Origin: a bacterium
GTDB lineage: Bacteria; Patescibacteriota; Minisyncoccia; Phycocordibacterales; UBA5272
Direction of reading: 5' to 3'
NCBI GenBank assembly: GCA_031386485.1
Contig: JANNCJ010000048.1
Coordinates: 1 to 43,043, forward strand
DNA length: 43,043 nucleotides
A model generated the notes under the pieces. It was not told where the DNA came from and made no database searches. It worked only from the letters and a program-made list of their open reading frames with translations. Of this stretch, positions 34,815 through 43,022 are shown piece by piece. The position numbers were made by a program, and so were the translations under genes. Within the stretch, counting starts at the first letter, position 1; every line of letters starts with the position of its first letter.

Positions 34815-35642
34815 TCATAAAGACTTTGCAGCAATTTTACTCATGTCTACCATAAAATAATAACCCTTCTCGTCCTTTTCGAATATATATTTTCTTTTCT
34901 TACCTTCAGCCTCACTTTTTACTTTTTCTACTGCACTTCCAAATTTTTCCTTTAAGAACTCGTAATAGAGTAATGTTCTTTGATACATTTTATTTTCGGT
35001 TGTAGATTTGCTACTTGAAACTATGTTTAATATAAAGTGTCTGATTTTGTCCATTGGCCCACTGTCTCTTTTAAGTATATATACTAACTCATCAAAATCT
35101 TTATCTAAATAAAACTGTTTAGATTCGCCTCCTTTCGTAATCGTAACGAATTCTTTTGCAAATTCTACTTTAAGTCCATCCACACCTTCCACTGATTCAC
35201 CAACCAATTTAGAGTATTCAGATTTTAGCAATCCAGAAAATTTCTCGTATTCACCTATGCTATATCTTGCGTCTGTGCCACCTACTTCAACTCTAGCATT
35301 CGGATGTAGTCTTGCAAATTCTAAAAAGGCATTTTCTGTTCTCGTGCCGAACTCTTTTTGCTCATCTTCATGTAAGCCTAATAAAGGTGTCACGTGTCTC
35401 TCCCCTTTTAATCCAAAGCCAAAATTATACGTCCCAGTCATATTCTTTAACTCTTCAAAAAATAAACTGCACTCGAATCTTCCTAATTGTCCTAGTTTGA
35501 AGCTGCTTTTATATACTGTTAATCCATTAACATTAGCAACTTCAAATTTGGTCTCTACGACTGCTGCTCTAACATTATCAAGTAGATTAAAACTTGGAAC
35601 ACTATTGCTTGTTGCTGGTTGAGGAGAAAAATTACCATCCAT
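34815..35642 (-). CDS. orphan protein (275 aa)
   Basis: Long ORF with TATAAT and a short GC hairpin just upstream. No recognisable motifs. Confidence 0.55.
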   Translation of the reverse strand: MDGNFSPQPATSNSVPSFNLLDNVRAAVVETKFEVANVNGLTVYKSSFKLGQLGRFECSLFFEELKNMTGTYNFGFGLKGERHVTPLLGLHEDEQKEFGTRTENAFLEFARLHPNARVEVGGTDARYSIGEYEKFSGLLKSEYSKLVGESVEGVDGLKVEFAKEFVTITKGGESKQFYLDKDFDELVYILKRDSGPMDKIRHFILNIVSSSKSTTENKMYQRTLLYYEFLKEKFGSAVEKVKSEAEGKKRKYIFEKDEKGYYFMVDMSKIAAKSL

Positions 35643-35645
35643 ATT

Positions 35646-35677
35646 GCTTGTGTCCCGTCGAACGGGATATTATAATT
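35646..35677 (+). repeat. minimal remnant of the GC-rich sORF/hairpin element
   Basis: gcttgtgtcccgt-cgaa-cgggatattataatt shares both flanks with 6690-6746 (gctgtgtcccgt...gggatttataatt). Confidence 0.5.
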
Positions 35678-35750
35678 AAGTATAGCATAAATAATACTAC
35701 GCTACATAATCAAAACTAAATCAAATTTCGCTTTTTTCAAGACTGACACA

Positions 35751-36881
35751 CTAGACATTAATACTTGGATCAATAAAATCTTCTATAGACAACACTCTGG
35801 TAGCTGACTCTGGGTATAACTTTAAAAACTGCTTAAAAGATACATCTTCCTTTTTCCATTTGCATTCAGTCGCTACTATTTTATCATTTTTATGTTCGAT
35901 AAAATCAATCTCTAGCTTTGTGTCAGTTCTCCAGAAATAAACTTTGCTTGGGAGATTTTCTAAGTTCGATTTTTTAAGTATTTCAAGAAACACAAAATTT
36001 TCAAACAGCGCTCCTTTATCTTTTCTATTTTCAACCAAGTCAAAGTTGTCGACTATGGCATTCCTGATTCCCAGGTCAAGAAAAAATATTTTAAAAGACT
36101 TTTTCAGTTCATTCCTTCCATTTCTAGAGTAAGATCCAATTTTTTTAATTATGTATGCTTGCTCTAAAAGTTTTAGATATTTCTGTACACTGTCACGGCT
36201 TATGCCTACTGCTTGGGCGATTTCATTTATAGAGACTATTTGACCTATTTGAAATGCTAGCATCCTAATAACATCCTCAAAGATTTGAGGATTGCGTATT
36301 GATTCATAAATATAAATATCTTTATACAAATAATTCGTGGCTATATTTTTTAAAATCTGAGTTTTGACCATTACATTACTTTCTCGCACCACTTCAGGAT
36401 ATTGGCCGCTCCTTAGCATTTCACTGATATCCTCTTTTTTTATTTCTTTACTGCCTCTAACTTCTTCTAGACTGAGTGGGTATAAAGTAAATTCAAATGA
36501 TCTCCCGGTCAGAGGCTCATTAATTTTATTTGCGAGATCAAAAGAAGATGAACCTGTGGCGATAATTTGTACATCCTTATATGTGTCGAGATAAAGTTTT
36601 AATATAGCTCCAATGTTTTGTATAGTCTGAGCTTCGTCAAGGACCACAATTTTTTTATTTTTGAACATTTGGTGAAGCGGCTTTGGGTCACCAAGAATAA
36701 AATTATTCCTAACCTCGATACTTTCACAGTTAAAATACTCCCCATCTCCACCATAATCTTTTACAAGCTTTTTAGCGAGAGTGGTTTTTCCTGCTTGCCT
36801 TGGCCCAAATACTAAAATAGCTTTACCTCTAAAAAGAAGCTCCCTAATATTTTTCTCTATTGTCCTCTCAAAAATTACCAT
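35751..36881 (-). CDS. P-loop ATPase + wHTH + PD-(D/E)xK protein, paralog 4
   Basis: Walker A GPRQAGKTT, Walker B VVLDEAQ, wHTH SINEIAQAVGISRDSVQKYLKLLEQAYII, nuclease motif EIDFIEH...ATECKW. Confidence 0.85.
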   Translation of the reverse strand: MVIFERTIEKNIRELLFRGKAILVFGPRQAGKTTLAKKLVKDYGGDGEYFNCESIEVRNNFILGDPKPLHQMFKNKKIVVLDEAQTIQNIGAILKLYLDTYKDVQIIATGSSSFDLANKINEPLTGRSFEFTLYPLSLEEVRGSKEIKKEDISEMLRSGQYPEVVRESNVMVKTQILKNIATNYLYKDIYIYESIRNPQIFEDVIRMLAFQIGQIVSINEIAQAVGISRDSVQKYLKLLEQAYIIKKIGSYSRNGRNELKKSFKIFFLDLGIRNAIVDNFDLVENRKDKGALFENFVFLEILKKSNLENLPSKVYFWRTDTKLEIDFIEHKNDKIVATECKWKKEDVSFKQFLKLYPESATRVLSIEDFIDPSINV

Positions 36882-36893
36882 ATCTACTATTAT

Positions 36894-36923
36894 AGACTAT
36901 TGCGGAAAAAAACGCAATAGTCT
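36894..36923. promoter_or_regulatory. perfect 11-bp inverted repeat agactattgcg-N8-cgcaatagtct
   Basis: Starts 13 nt upstream of the paralog 4 ATG. Confidence 0.7.
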
Positions 36924-37003
36924 GTTTTTCTTATTATAACCTTATAATGTAAGGCTTAAAAATAGGGTAAATTTTTAATTATTAACTCATTAAAATAACG
37001 AAA

Positions 37004-37150
37004 ATGAAATGTCTCTCTTGTTTGGTTTTAGTTTTGCTGTGTCTTCTTAGCGCGTGCACCGCGCAGTCCTGCACCGTATGGTGCGGGACGAAGTGGTGTG
37101 CCGTCGTGGAGGATGTTAGAACTAAGTTTAGCATAAAGTGTCATGGGTAA
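37004..37150 (+). CDS. possible 48-codon Cys-rich prelipoprotein-like sORF (alternatively a GC-rich structured element)
   Basis: MKCLSCLVLVLLCLLSAC|TAQSCTVWCGTKWCAVVEDVRTKFSIKCHG*. Lipobox LSAC. No clear Shine-Dalgarno. Overlaps two strong GC hairpins (37050-37064, 37066-37089). Confidence 0.35.
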   Translation: MKCLSCLVLVLLCLLSACTAQSCTVWCGTKWCAVVEDVRTKFSIKCHG

Positions 37151-37212
37151 TTTATCTACGTTACTTAAACACTAAATGAAGAAATCTATGAAGTTTTTAG
37201 CGGATTTAAAAA

Positions 37213-38355
37213 TTATCTGAAACCAAAGATATCTTTATAATTTACGCAGTATTCTGGCATACTAATAACTTTTGTTTTTGCTTTGCTATAGAGAGCCAGG
37301 AATTTGTTAAAAACAACTTCCTGGTTACTCCACTTACATTCATAAGCTTTTATCTCCTCATTTTTATTCAAAACAAAATCTACTTCTATCTGTTCTTTTG
37401 TTCTCCAGAAATATATTTTTGTTGCCCAGAAGTCCAGCGACTCTCTTTTTAGAAGCTCCATAAAAATATAATTTTCAAAAAGAAAACCTTTATCTGCTCT
37501 ATCTTCTACTAGGCCAAAAGAATCAATGACAGCGTTACGAACGCCAAGATCAATAAAATATATTTTAAATGATTTTTTTAATTCGTTACGCTGATTTGTA
37601 TTAAACGAATTTACTCTTTTGATAACATATGACTGTTCTAATAGTCTTAAATACTTGTCTACGGTAAGCCTACTTATTCCAAGAGTTTTAGATAATTCAT
37701 TTACAGAAACCATTTGACCTATTTGATGTGCGAGGAGCTTGAGTAAATTTTCAAAAATTGTGGGATTTTTAATATTTTCAAAAATATAAATATCTTTGTA
37801 CAGATAATTAGTCGTTATGTTACGAAGTATGTTTATTGCTAAATCTTTATCGTTTTCTGCTACCACACTCGGATAATTACCTAACCTTAATAGTTCAAAA
37901 AATTTATCTTTTGTTGGTGTCGTAAGCTCTATCTCTTCTGTAGAAAGTGGGTATAAAGTGAATTCAAATGACCTTCCTGTTAGCGGCTCATTGATTTTAT
38001 TTGCCAGATCAAAAGAAGATGATCCTGTGGCTATTATTTGCACATCTTTATATGTGTCTATAAAAACTTTTAAAATAAAACCTATATTCATTACTGTCTG
38101 AGCTTCGTCTAAAACTACAATTTTCTTATTGCCTATTAAATTTTTAAGAAGCTCGGGCCTACCCTCTTGCATTGCAGACCTGACGTCCATCAGCTCACAG
38201 TTAAGATAAAGACCTTTTTCTCCGTATTCTTCTACAATCTTTTTAGCAAGAGTGGTTTTGCCTGCCTGCCTTGGGCCAAAAATTAAAATTGCCTTCCCCT
38301 TAAACAGTAGTGGTTTTATTCTGTCTTCGAGTTTCCTTTTAAATATTTTTTTCAT
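37213..38355 (-). CDS. P-loop ATPase + wHTH + PD-(D/E)xK protein, paralog 5 (tandem duplicate of paralog 4)
   Basis: A 39-aa block DTYKDVQIIATGSSSFDLANKINEPLTGRSFEFTLYPLS is identical to paralog 4. Nuclease motif EVDFVLN...AYECKW. Confidence 0.85.
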   Translation of the reverse strand: MKKIFKRKLEDRIKPLLFKGKAILIFGPRQAGKTTLAKKIVEEYGEKGLYLNCELMDVRSAMQEGRPELLKNLIGNKKIVVLDEAQTVMNIGFILKVFIDTYKDVQIIATGSSSFDLANKINEPLTGRSFEFTLYPLSTEEIELTTPTKDKFFELLRLGNYPSVVAENDKDLAINILRNITTNYLYKDIYIFENIKNPTIFENLLKLLAHQIGQMVSVNELSKTLGISRLTVDKYLRLLEQSYVIKRVNSFNTNQRNELKKSFKIYFIDLGVRNAVIDSFGLVEDRADKGFLFENYIFMELLKRESLDFWATKIYFWRTKEQIEVDFVLNKNEEIKAYECKWSNQEVVFNKFLALYSKAKTKVISMPEYCVNYKDIFGFR

Positions 38356-38555
38356 GGTTTGAGTTTATGTAAACAGGTCTAATATTACTATTATAACTTT
38401 TTGCTCAGAAAAAAGCAAATGTTTGAAACAGATAATATATCCTTATCTTACAAGGGTATATCAGTAAACCATTTTCCATAAATTGCCTGAAATTACTTAA
38501 TTAACACGGAAGAAGCAAAAGCGCTTTGTTCTGATTTTTAATGCTTGTAAAGTTA

Positions 38556-39197
38556 TTAGATTGTATTCAGCTCAATGACGCTCTCTAGCTCAAGCACAGA
38601 CTCAGTAATTGCTATCAGATTCTCGCTCTTACTATTTTTAAAATCATCCTTGTTATGCACTCCCCAGGTTACTGCGATAGTTTTTATACCCACTTCTTTC
38701 GCCTCCCTTACGTCCCCAAGAGAGTCAGTGATAAACAAGACATCATCTTTGCTAGTCCCATATTTTTCTTGAATAAGCTTAAACTTTTCTGTTTTATTTT
38801 TTGAAATCTCTGAAGTCCCAATAAAATCAAAAAATCTTGCTATTTTAGCTTTATGTAAAATTGGAACAGTATCATCATTAGACGCTGAGGTGTTGAGAAT
38901 TAAAATATACCCCTTCTTTTTAAGGTTTTCTAATAGATTAATAACTCCTGGAAAAATTAAGGCGTTTAACTTTTTCTCTGAATACAACTTTCTACGAATG
39001 ATCTTTTCATCTTCTGATTCCTTTCTTTGGGGGTAAGCAAGTCTGGCTTTGACAAGTGCTTCGTGAAAATTCTCATTGTGCATATCTTTAAAATAATCCT
39101 CTGTCATCCCTGGAAAAAGTCTTAATACCTCATCTCTAGCAAGATTCAAAGAATCTACAATAACACCGTCCATATCAAAAATAATAATTTTTTTCAT
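38556..39197 (-). CDS. HAD-superfamily hydrolase (phosphatase-like)
   Basis: Motif I IIFDMDGVIVDS, motif II LNTSAS, motif IV FITDSLGD. Confidence 0.85.
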   Translation of the reverse strand: MKKIIIFDMDGVIVDSLNLARDEVLRLFPGMTEDYFKDMHNENFHEALVKARLAYPQRKESEDEKIIRRKLYSEKKLNALIFPGVINLLENLKKKGYILILNTSASNDDTVPILHKAKIARFFDFIGTSEISKNKTEKFKLIQEKYGTSKDDVLFITDSLGDVREAKEVGIKTIAVTWGVHNKDDFKNSKSENLIAITESVLELESVIELNTI

Positions 39198-39251
39198 AAT
39201 TAAACTCTAACACAAAATAATAAATTTCCACAATCTTCATTTAAAATTCTT

Positions 39252-39545
39252 CTAGGCTTTTATTGTTCTCAAATACTGCTTGGTGCTCTGCCGCTTCTTA
39301 ACCTGCCTTTTAGTATTAGGCCCCACTTCAACCATTTTAGTCAACTGACTAAAATGGTTTTCTGCAATCTGGCCAGCATTCACAGCCGATTTTATGGCAC
39401 GAGCAACCACATCATCAAATGCTTGCCACGTTGAATATCCAAACAAAGGAAACATCTCTCTGGCGGACCAAAACTCAACACCATTTTCATCAATGTGTTT
39501 TATGTCTTCAAATCTTTTATTTGGTCCTGTTGTAGATAATTCCAT
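39252..39545 (-). CDS. DinD-like protein, N-terminal domain only (97 aa)
   Basis: FEDIKHIDENGVEFWSAREMFPLFGY...ENHF...MVEVGPNTKR parallels the N-terminus of DNA-damage-inducible protein D, which is normally about 270 aa. Confidence 0.6.
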   Translation of the reverse strand: MELSTTGPNKRFEDIKHIDENGVEFWSAREMFPLFGYSTWQAFDDVVARAIKSAVNAGQIAENHFSQLTKMVEVGPNTKRQVKKRQSTKQYLRTIKA

Positions 39546-39551
39546 AAAATA

Positions 39552-39923
39552 TTACTTACCCGAAAATATTGTTTTTGAATCAACAAAACACAAAGGGTTT
39601 TCAAAAGGATCATTAAAGTAAAAGGATTTTTCGCCCCATGGCTGGGTTTCAATCTCCGAAAGATTCTCTACATTTAGTATTTTAGCTCGTTTAAAAACAT
39701 CTTCTAACTCATCTGTTGAAATATAAATATATTCAGGATTTGGTTTTGAAATTAATTCATCTCCATCAGCGAGCGCGTCAAAGCAAGCAAAAGTAGTTCC
39801 GTCACAATCAAAATAGTGACGCCCAGGTGAGACTCTTGTCCCTTCAAAACCAAATAAGGTTTCATAGAAATTCTGGGCAGCCGAAATATTTGAAACTGGA
39901 ACTATAATACGAAATATTTTCAT
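39552..39923 (-). CDS. VOC/glyoxalase-family protein
   Basis: MKIFRIIVPVSNISAAQNFYETLFGFEG beta-alpha-beta-beta-beta start. The ORF-track start at 39941 is a non-ATG codon, so the Met at 39923 is preferred. Confidence 0.7.
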   Translation of the reverse strand: MKIFRIIVPVSNISAAQNFYETLFGFEGTRVSPGRHYFDCDGTTFACFDALADGDELISKPNPEYIYISTDELEDVFKRAKILNVENLSEIETQPWGEKSFYFNDPFENPLCFVDSKTIFSGK

Positions 39924-39990
39924 AAACATATTATACAACAACTTCAGCTAATCACAAAAGCCTGAACATTGTTCATGATTTTGTTACTTG

Positions 39991-40063
39991 TGTGGCTACC
40001 GGGATTTGAACCCGGGCTGAGAGTTCCACAAACTCTAGTGCTAACCGCTACACTATAGCCACC
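39991..40063 (-). tRNA. tRNA-His (GUG) with encoded G-1
   Basis: g-gtggcta...tagccac-a, anticodon loop ttgtgga, T-loop ttcaaat. The discriminator reads A. CCA is not encoded. Confidence 0.85.
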
Positions 40064-40067
40064 ATCT

Positions 40068-40124
40068 CTAGTTACTAGTTATGGGTTTCTAGTTGCTAGT
40101 CTCCCCTCTCTTTGGGAGAGGGGG
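40068..40124. repeat. four CTAGT[T/C] direct repeats followed by GC-rich hairpin cccctctc-tttgg-gagagggg
   Basis: ctagtt at 40068, 40075 and 40089; ctagtc at 40096; hairpin at 40103-40123. Confidence 0.6.
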
Positions 40125-40242
40125 CAGGGGGTGAGGCCCGTATCTGCTTCATACATAATAACATATTGTGAGCTATATGTGAAGATGTATAACTTTATCT
40201 TCTTTCTGTTTTATTTTGTTATAATCAAGATATAATAAATAC

Positions 40243-41937
40243 ATGATAATAGATGATGTTGTAGATGTAAAAATAAAACAAAAACTCGCTGACCTCGGGA
40301 CAGATGATGATGAGCGGCGGGCTATGTATCTCTCAGATCAAAGCGGTCTCCCATATATTGACCTGCGTATACATACGCCCGAGATGGCGGCACTTATGAA
40401 GATTGATCTAAATAGCGCAAAGAAATATAACTTGGCTCCATTTAAAATTAGCGACAAAATCTTACATATTGCCCTCTTAAATCCAAGTGATGAGGGTACG
40501 GTAGAGTATTTAAAATCTTATATAAAAGAGAATGATAGACCACTCTTATATATAGCTTCTAAAACTTCTCTTGACCATATTTATAAAAGATATGCTGATG
40601 TAGACGGGTCTAGTGTGCTCCTTAAAGGCATAGTCGACATAAGTAACGAAAATATTAATATCTTAACTTCTAAAATAGAAACCCTAGACTCGGTGCATAC
40701 TCTGGTCGAGGATGTGGTCGCTAATGAGAAGAGGGAGAAAATATCAAGGTTGGTGGAAATTATCATGGCCGGAGCTATTAAATTTAAAGCGAGCGACATA
40801 CATCTTGAGCCTGAGGAGAAATTAGTTAGAGTAAGGTACAGAATAGACGGTAACTTGGTTGATATATTTAAAGTTGATAATAAAATATACAGCTTAATAG
40901 CTAGCAGATTTAAAATTCTTTCTGGCCTTAAGATTTCAAATCAAGCGAGAGCCCAAGACGGTAGATTTACTATTGATTATAATGGCGTTAATATCGAGAT
41001 GCGTGTCTCTCTTGTCCCTGGGGCTTATGGCGAGAGCTTTGTTATGAGACTTCTTAACCCGTCTGATGCCAACGTAGATATCGCTGCACTCGGCATGAAT
41101 AGTGTGATCTTAGATAAGCTGGACACCGCGCTCCGTAAGCCTTTTGGCATGATACTTACTACGGGTCCGACTGGGTCAGGCAAGTCGACTACTCTCTACT
41201 CTTGTCTTAAAAAGTCTTACACCCCTGAAGTTAAAATACTAACCATAGAGGACCCGATAGAATATCATATGCCCGGTATTATACAAACACAAGTTAATCT
41301 AAAGCAAGATTATACTTTCTTAACCGGTCTTCGTGCTGCCCTACGTCAAGATCCGGATATTATTATGGTGGGAGAGATTCGTGATGAGGATACGGCCAAA
41401 GTAGCCTCACAAGCGGCGCTCACAGGTCATATCGTACTCTCAACCTTGCATACTAACTCCGCGGCTGGTACCATACCAAGATTAATATCTCTTGGCGTTG
41501 ATACCAAAACTCTTGGTTCATCTTTGTCTCTAATTATAGCGCAGAGACTTTGTCGTAAGCTCTGCACTTATTGTAAAATAGAGTCTGTGAGTGACGAAAG
41601 GGAAAGTAAATTAATAACCAACGTGCTCGGTGACATGCTCTCTGATAACAAGATGACCAAATACGTAGCTCGTAACTCATATACCATATTCAAAGCTAAT
41701 GGGGATGGTTGTATGCATTGTGTAAAGGGTTATAAAGGTCGTATCGGTATCTATGAGGGTATAGTAATGGATAAAAGTATCGAAGAAGTAAGTATCAAGG
41801 GCTCAGAAAGAGAAATCAAAGAAGTGGCTCGTAAACAAATGATACCCACTATGCGCGAAGACGGCATAGTCAAGCTCCTCGACGGTATAATCTCGTTTGA
41901 AGAGTTAGAAGAGGTGGTGGATATACTAGAAAACTAA
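40243..41937 (+). CDS. type II/IV secretion ATPase (PilB/GspE family)
   Basis: Walker A GPTGSGKSTT, Asp box, Walker B IIMVGEIRD, His box LSTLHTN, tetracysteine CRKLC...C..C motif. Confidence 0.9.
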   Translation: MIIDDVVDVKIKQKLADLGTDDDERRAMYLSDQSGLPYIDLRIHTPEMAALMKIDLNSAKKYNLAPFKISDKILHIALLNPSDEGTVEYLKSYIKENDRPLLYIASKTSLDHIYKRYADVDGSSVLLKGIVDISNENINILTSKIETLDSVHTLVEDVVANEKREKISRLVEIIMAGAIKFKASDIHLEPEEKLVRVRYRIDGNLVDIFKVDNKIYSLIASRFKILSGLKISNQARAQDGRFTIDYNGVNIEMRVSLVPGAYGESFVMRLLNPSDANVDIAALGMNSVILDKLDTALRKPFGMILTTGPTGSGKSTTLYSCLKKSYTPEVKILTIEDPIEYHMPGIIQTQVNLKQDYTFLTGLRAALRQDPDIIMVGEIRDEDTAKVASQAALTGHIVLSTLHTNSAAGTIPRLISLGVDTKTLGSSLSLIIAQRLCRKLCTYCKIESVSDERESKLITNVLGDMLSDNKMTKYVARNSYTIFKANGDGCMHCVKGYKGRIGIYEGIVMDKSIEEVSIKGSEREIKEVARKQMIPTMREDGIVKLLDGIISFEELEEVVDILEN

Positions 41938-42026
41938 AACCCATAAGTCTTTATACAATCTCTTGGTGAAGAATAACTCAGCATAAGGAGAGCTACAGGG
42001 TCAACAATTTGCAAAATTAATAATCG

Positions 42027-42977
42027 CTATGCATAACCGTAAGACAGATTTCTATACAAATTTGTAATTGATTTTTCATCTTTAACGTAAACCAAAGCCC
42101 ATCTTTTGTTCGATAGAAACGCTTTATCCAGTACCCACATCTCAAATACATCCTCGCCCAACGTAAATCTATATCTTTCGTAATATGTAAAATGTCTTAA
42201 ATTTGACCCATTCTGAACTTCTGCAGTTCCGACACGCTCAGCATTCAAGGCTTTCAGAATCAAATCGCGTGCTGGCTCCTCGGCTGATTTTGGATATTGT
42301 ATCTTATCTTTTAATTCTCTTGGTATAAATTCTGAGGTATCAATTAGCGCTTTTGTAATAACCCCATTTTTACGCGCGGAGGCTTCCATTAAAAATGTCG
42401 CTAACATAGAGTTTGTCACTTCTTCTGAAAGAATTTCATTGTCCGCAACTCTCGCTGCCAGTGTTTTGAGGTGGTCTTTAGTATAAATGTCATTTTGCTG
42501 CAACAAGCTAAATTTATCGTAATACTTCGCTGTCGCATCATTATACTCCTCCTCAAGTCCTTTAACCTGACTTAGCTCGACATTAAGAGCACCAGCCATT
42601 TCTTTATTTAATTTTGCTTCAGAATAATTTTTAAGTACAACAGGCATAGCTATTTTTAATAGATTTAAAGTTACAGCCCTCTTATTGGAAGCCGTATATT
42701 TTACCCCGTCTATTTTAAAATCAACACTTTTAGCCATTTCAGTAGGATCATAGTCATGCCAATACTTACACTCAATCAAAACATCATACCCTTCGAATGT
42801 AAACTCTATTTTTGTACTTTTAACCCCTTGCCAATATTCATCCTTAGATAAAACCTTAGCGCCAACAGGGAATTCTTGAATCTCTAATAACTTGTTGCCT
42901 ATCTGAACTAACTTTTCTGGCATTACCGCTTTTTCAACTTTGGGCACTTTTTGCACTCCTCCAATCGCATCTAACAT
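42027..42977 (-). CDS. hypothetical protein (316 aa)
   Basis: Long ORF with no secure motif. Confidence 0.5.
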   Translation of the reverse strand: MLDAIGGVQKVPKVEKAVMPEKLVQIGNKLLEIQEFPVGAKVLSKDEYWQGVKSTKIEFTFEGYDVLIECKYWHDYDPTEMAKSVDFKIDGVKYTASNKRAVTLNLLKIAMPVVLKNYSEAKLNKEMAGALNVELSQVKGLEEEYNDATAKYYDKFSLLQQNDIYTKDHLKTLAARVADNEILSEEVTNSMLATFLMEASARKNGVITKALIDTSEFIPRELKDKIQYPKSAEEPARDLILKALNAERVGTAEVQNGSNLRHFTYYERYRFTLGEDVFEMWVLDKAFLSNKRWALVYVKDEKSITNLYRNLSYGYA

Positions 42978-43022
42978 ATATTTATATTTTAATTAATTAT
43001 TAGTATTTACATTTTAATTATA

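Noticed and set aside
36894-36923. The palindromes upstream of the ATPase paralogs interpreted simply as terminators of the preceding genes.
   Set aside because: This is not fully excluded for 8510-8535, 34055-34090 and 36894-36923. However, the 13880-13917 palindrome has no upstream co-directional gene. The minus-strand copies lack U-tracts, and 8455-8535 has extra direct copies. They are therefore reported as candidate operators instead.
42750-42800. YDVLIECKYW in ORF 42027-42977 as a PD-(D/E)xK nuclease motif.
   Set aside because: The Asp and the E-x-K are only 4 residues apart, too close for the two-strand arrangement of the fold. No supporting motifs are present, so the gene is left as hypothetical.
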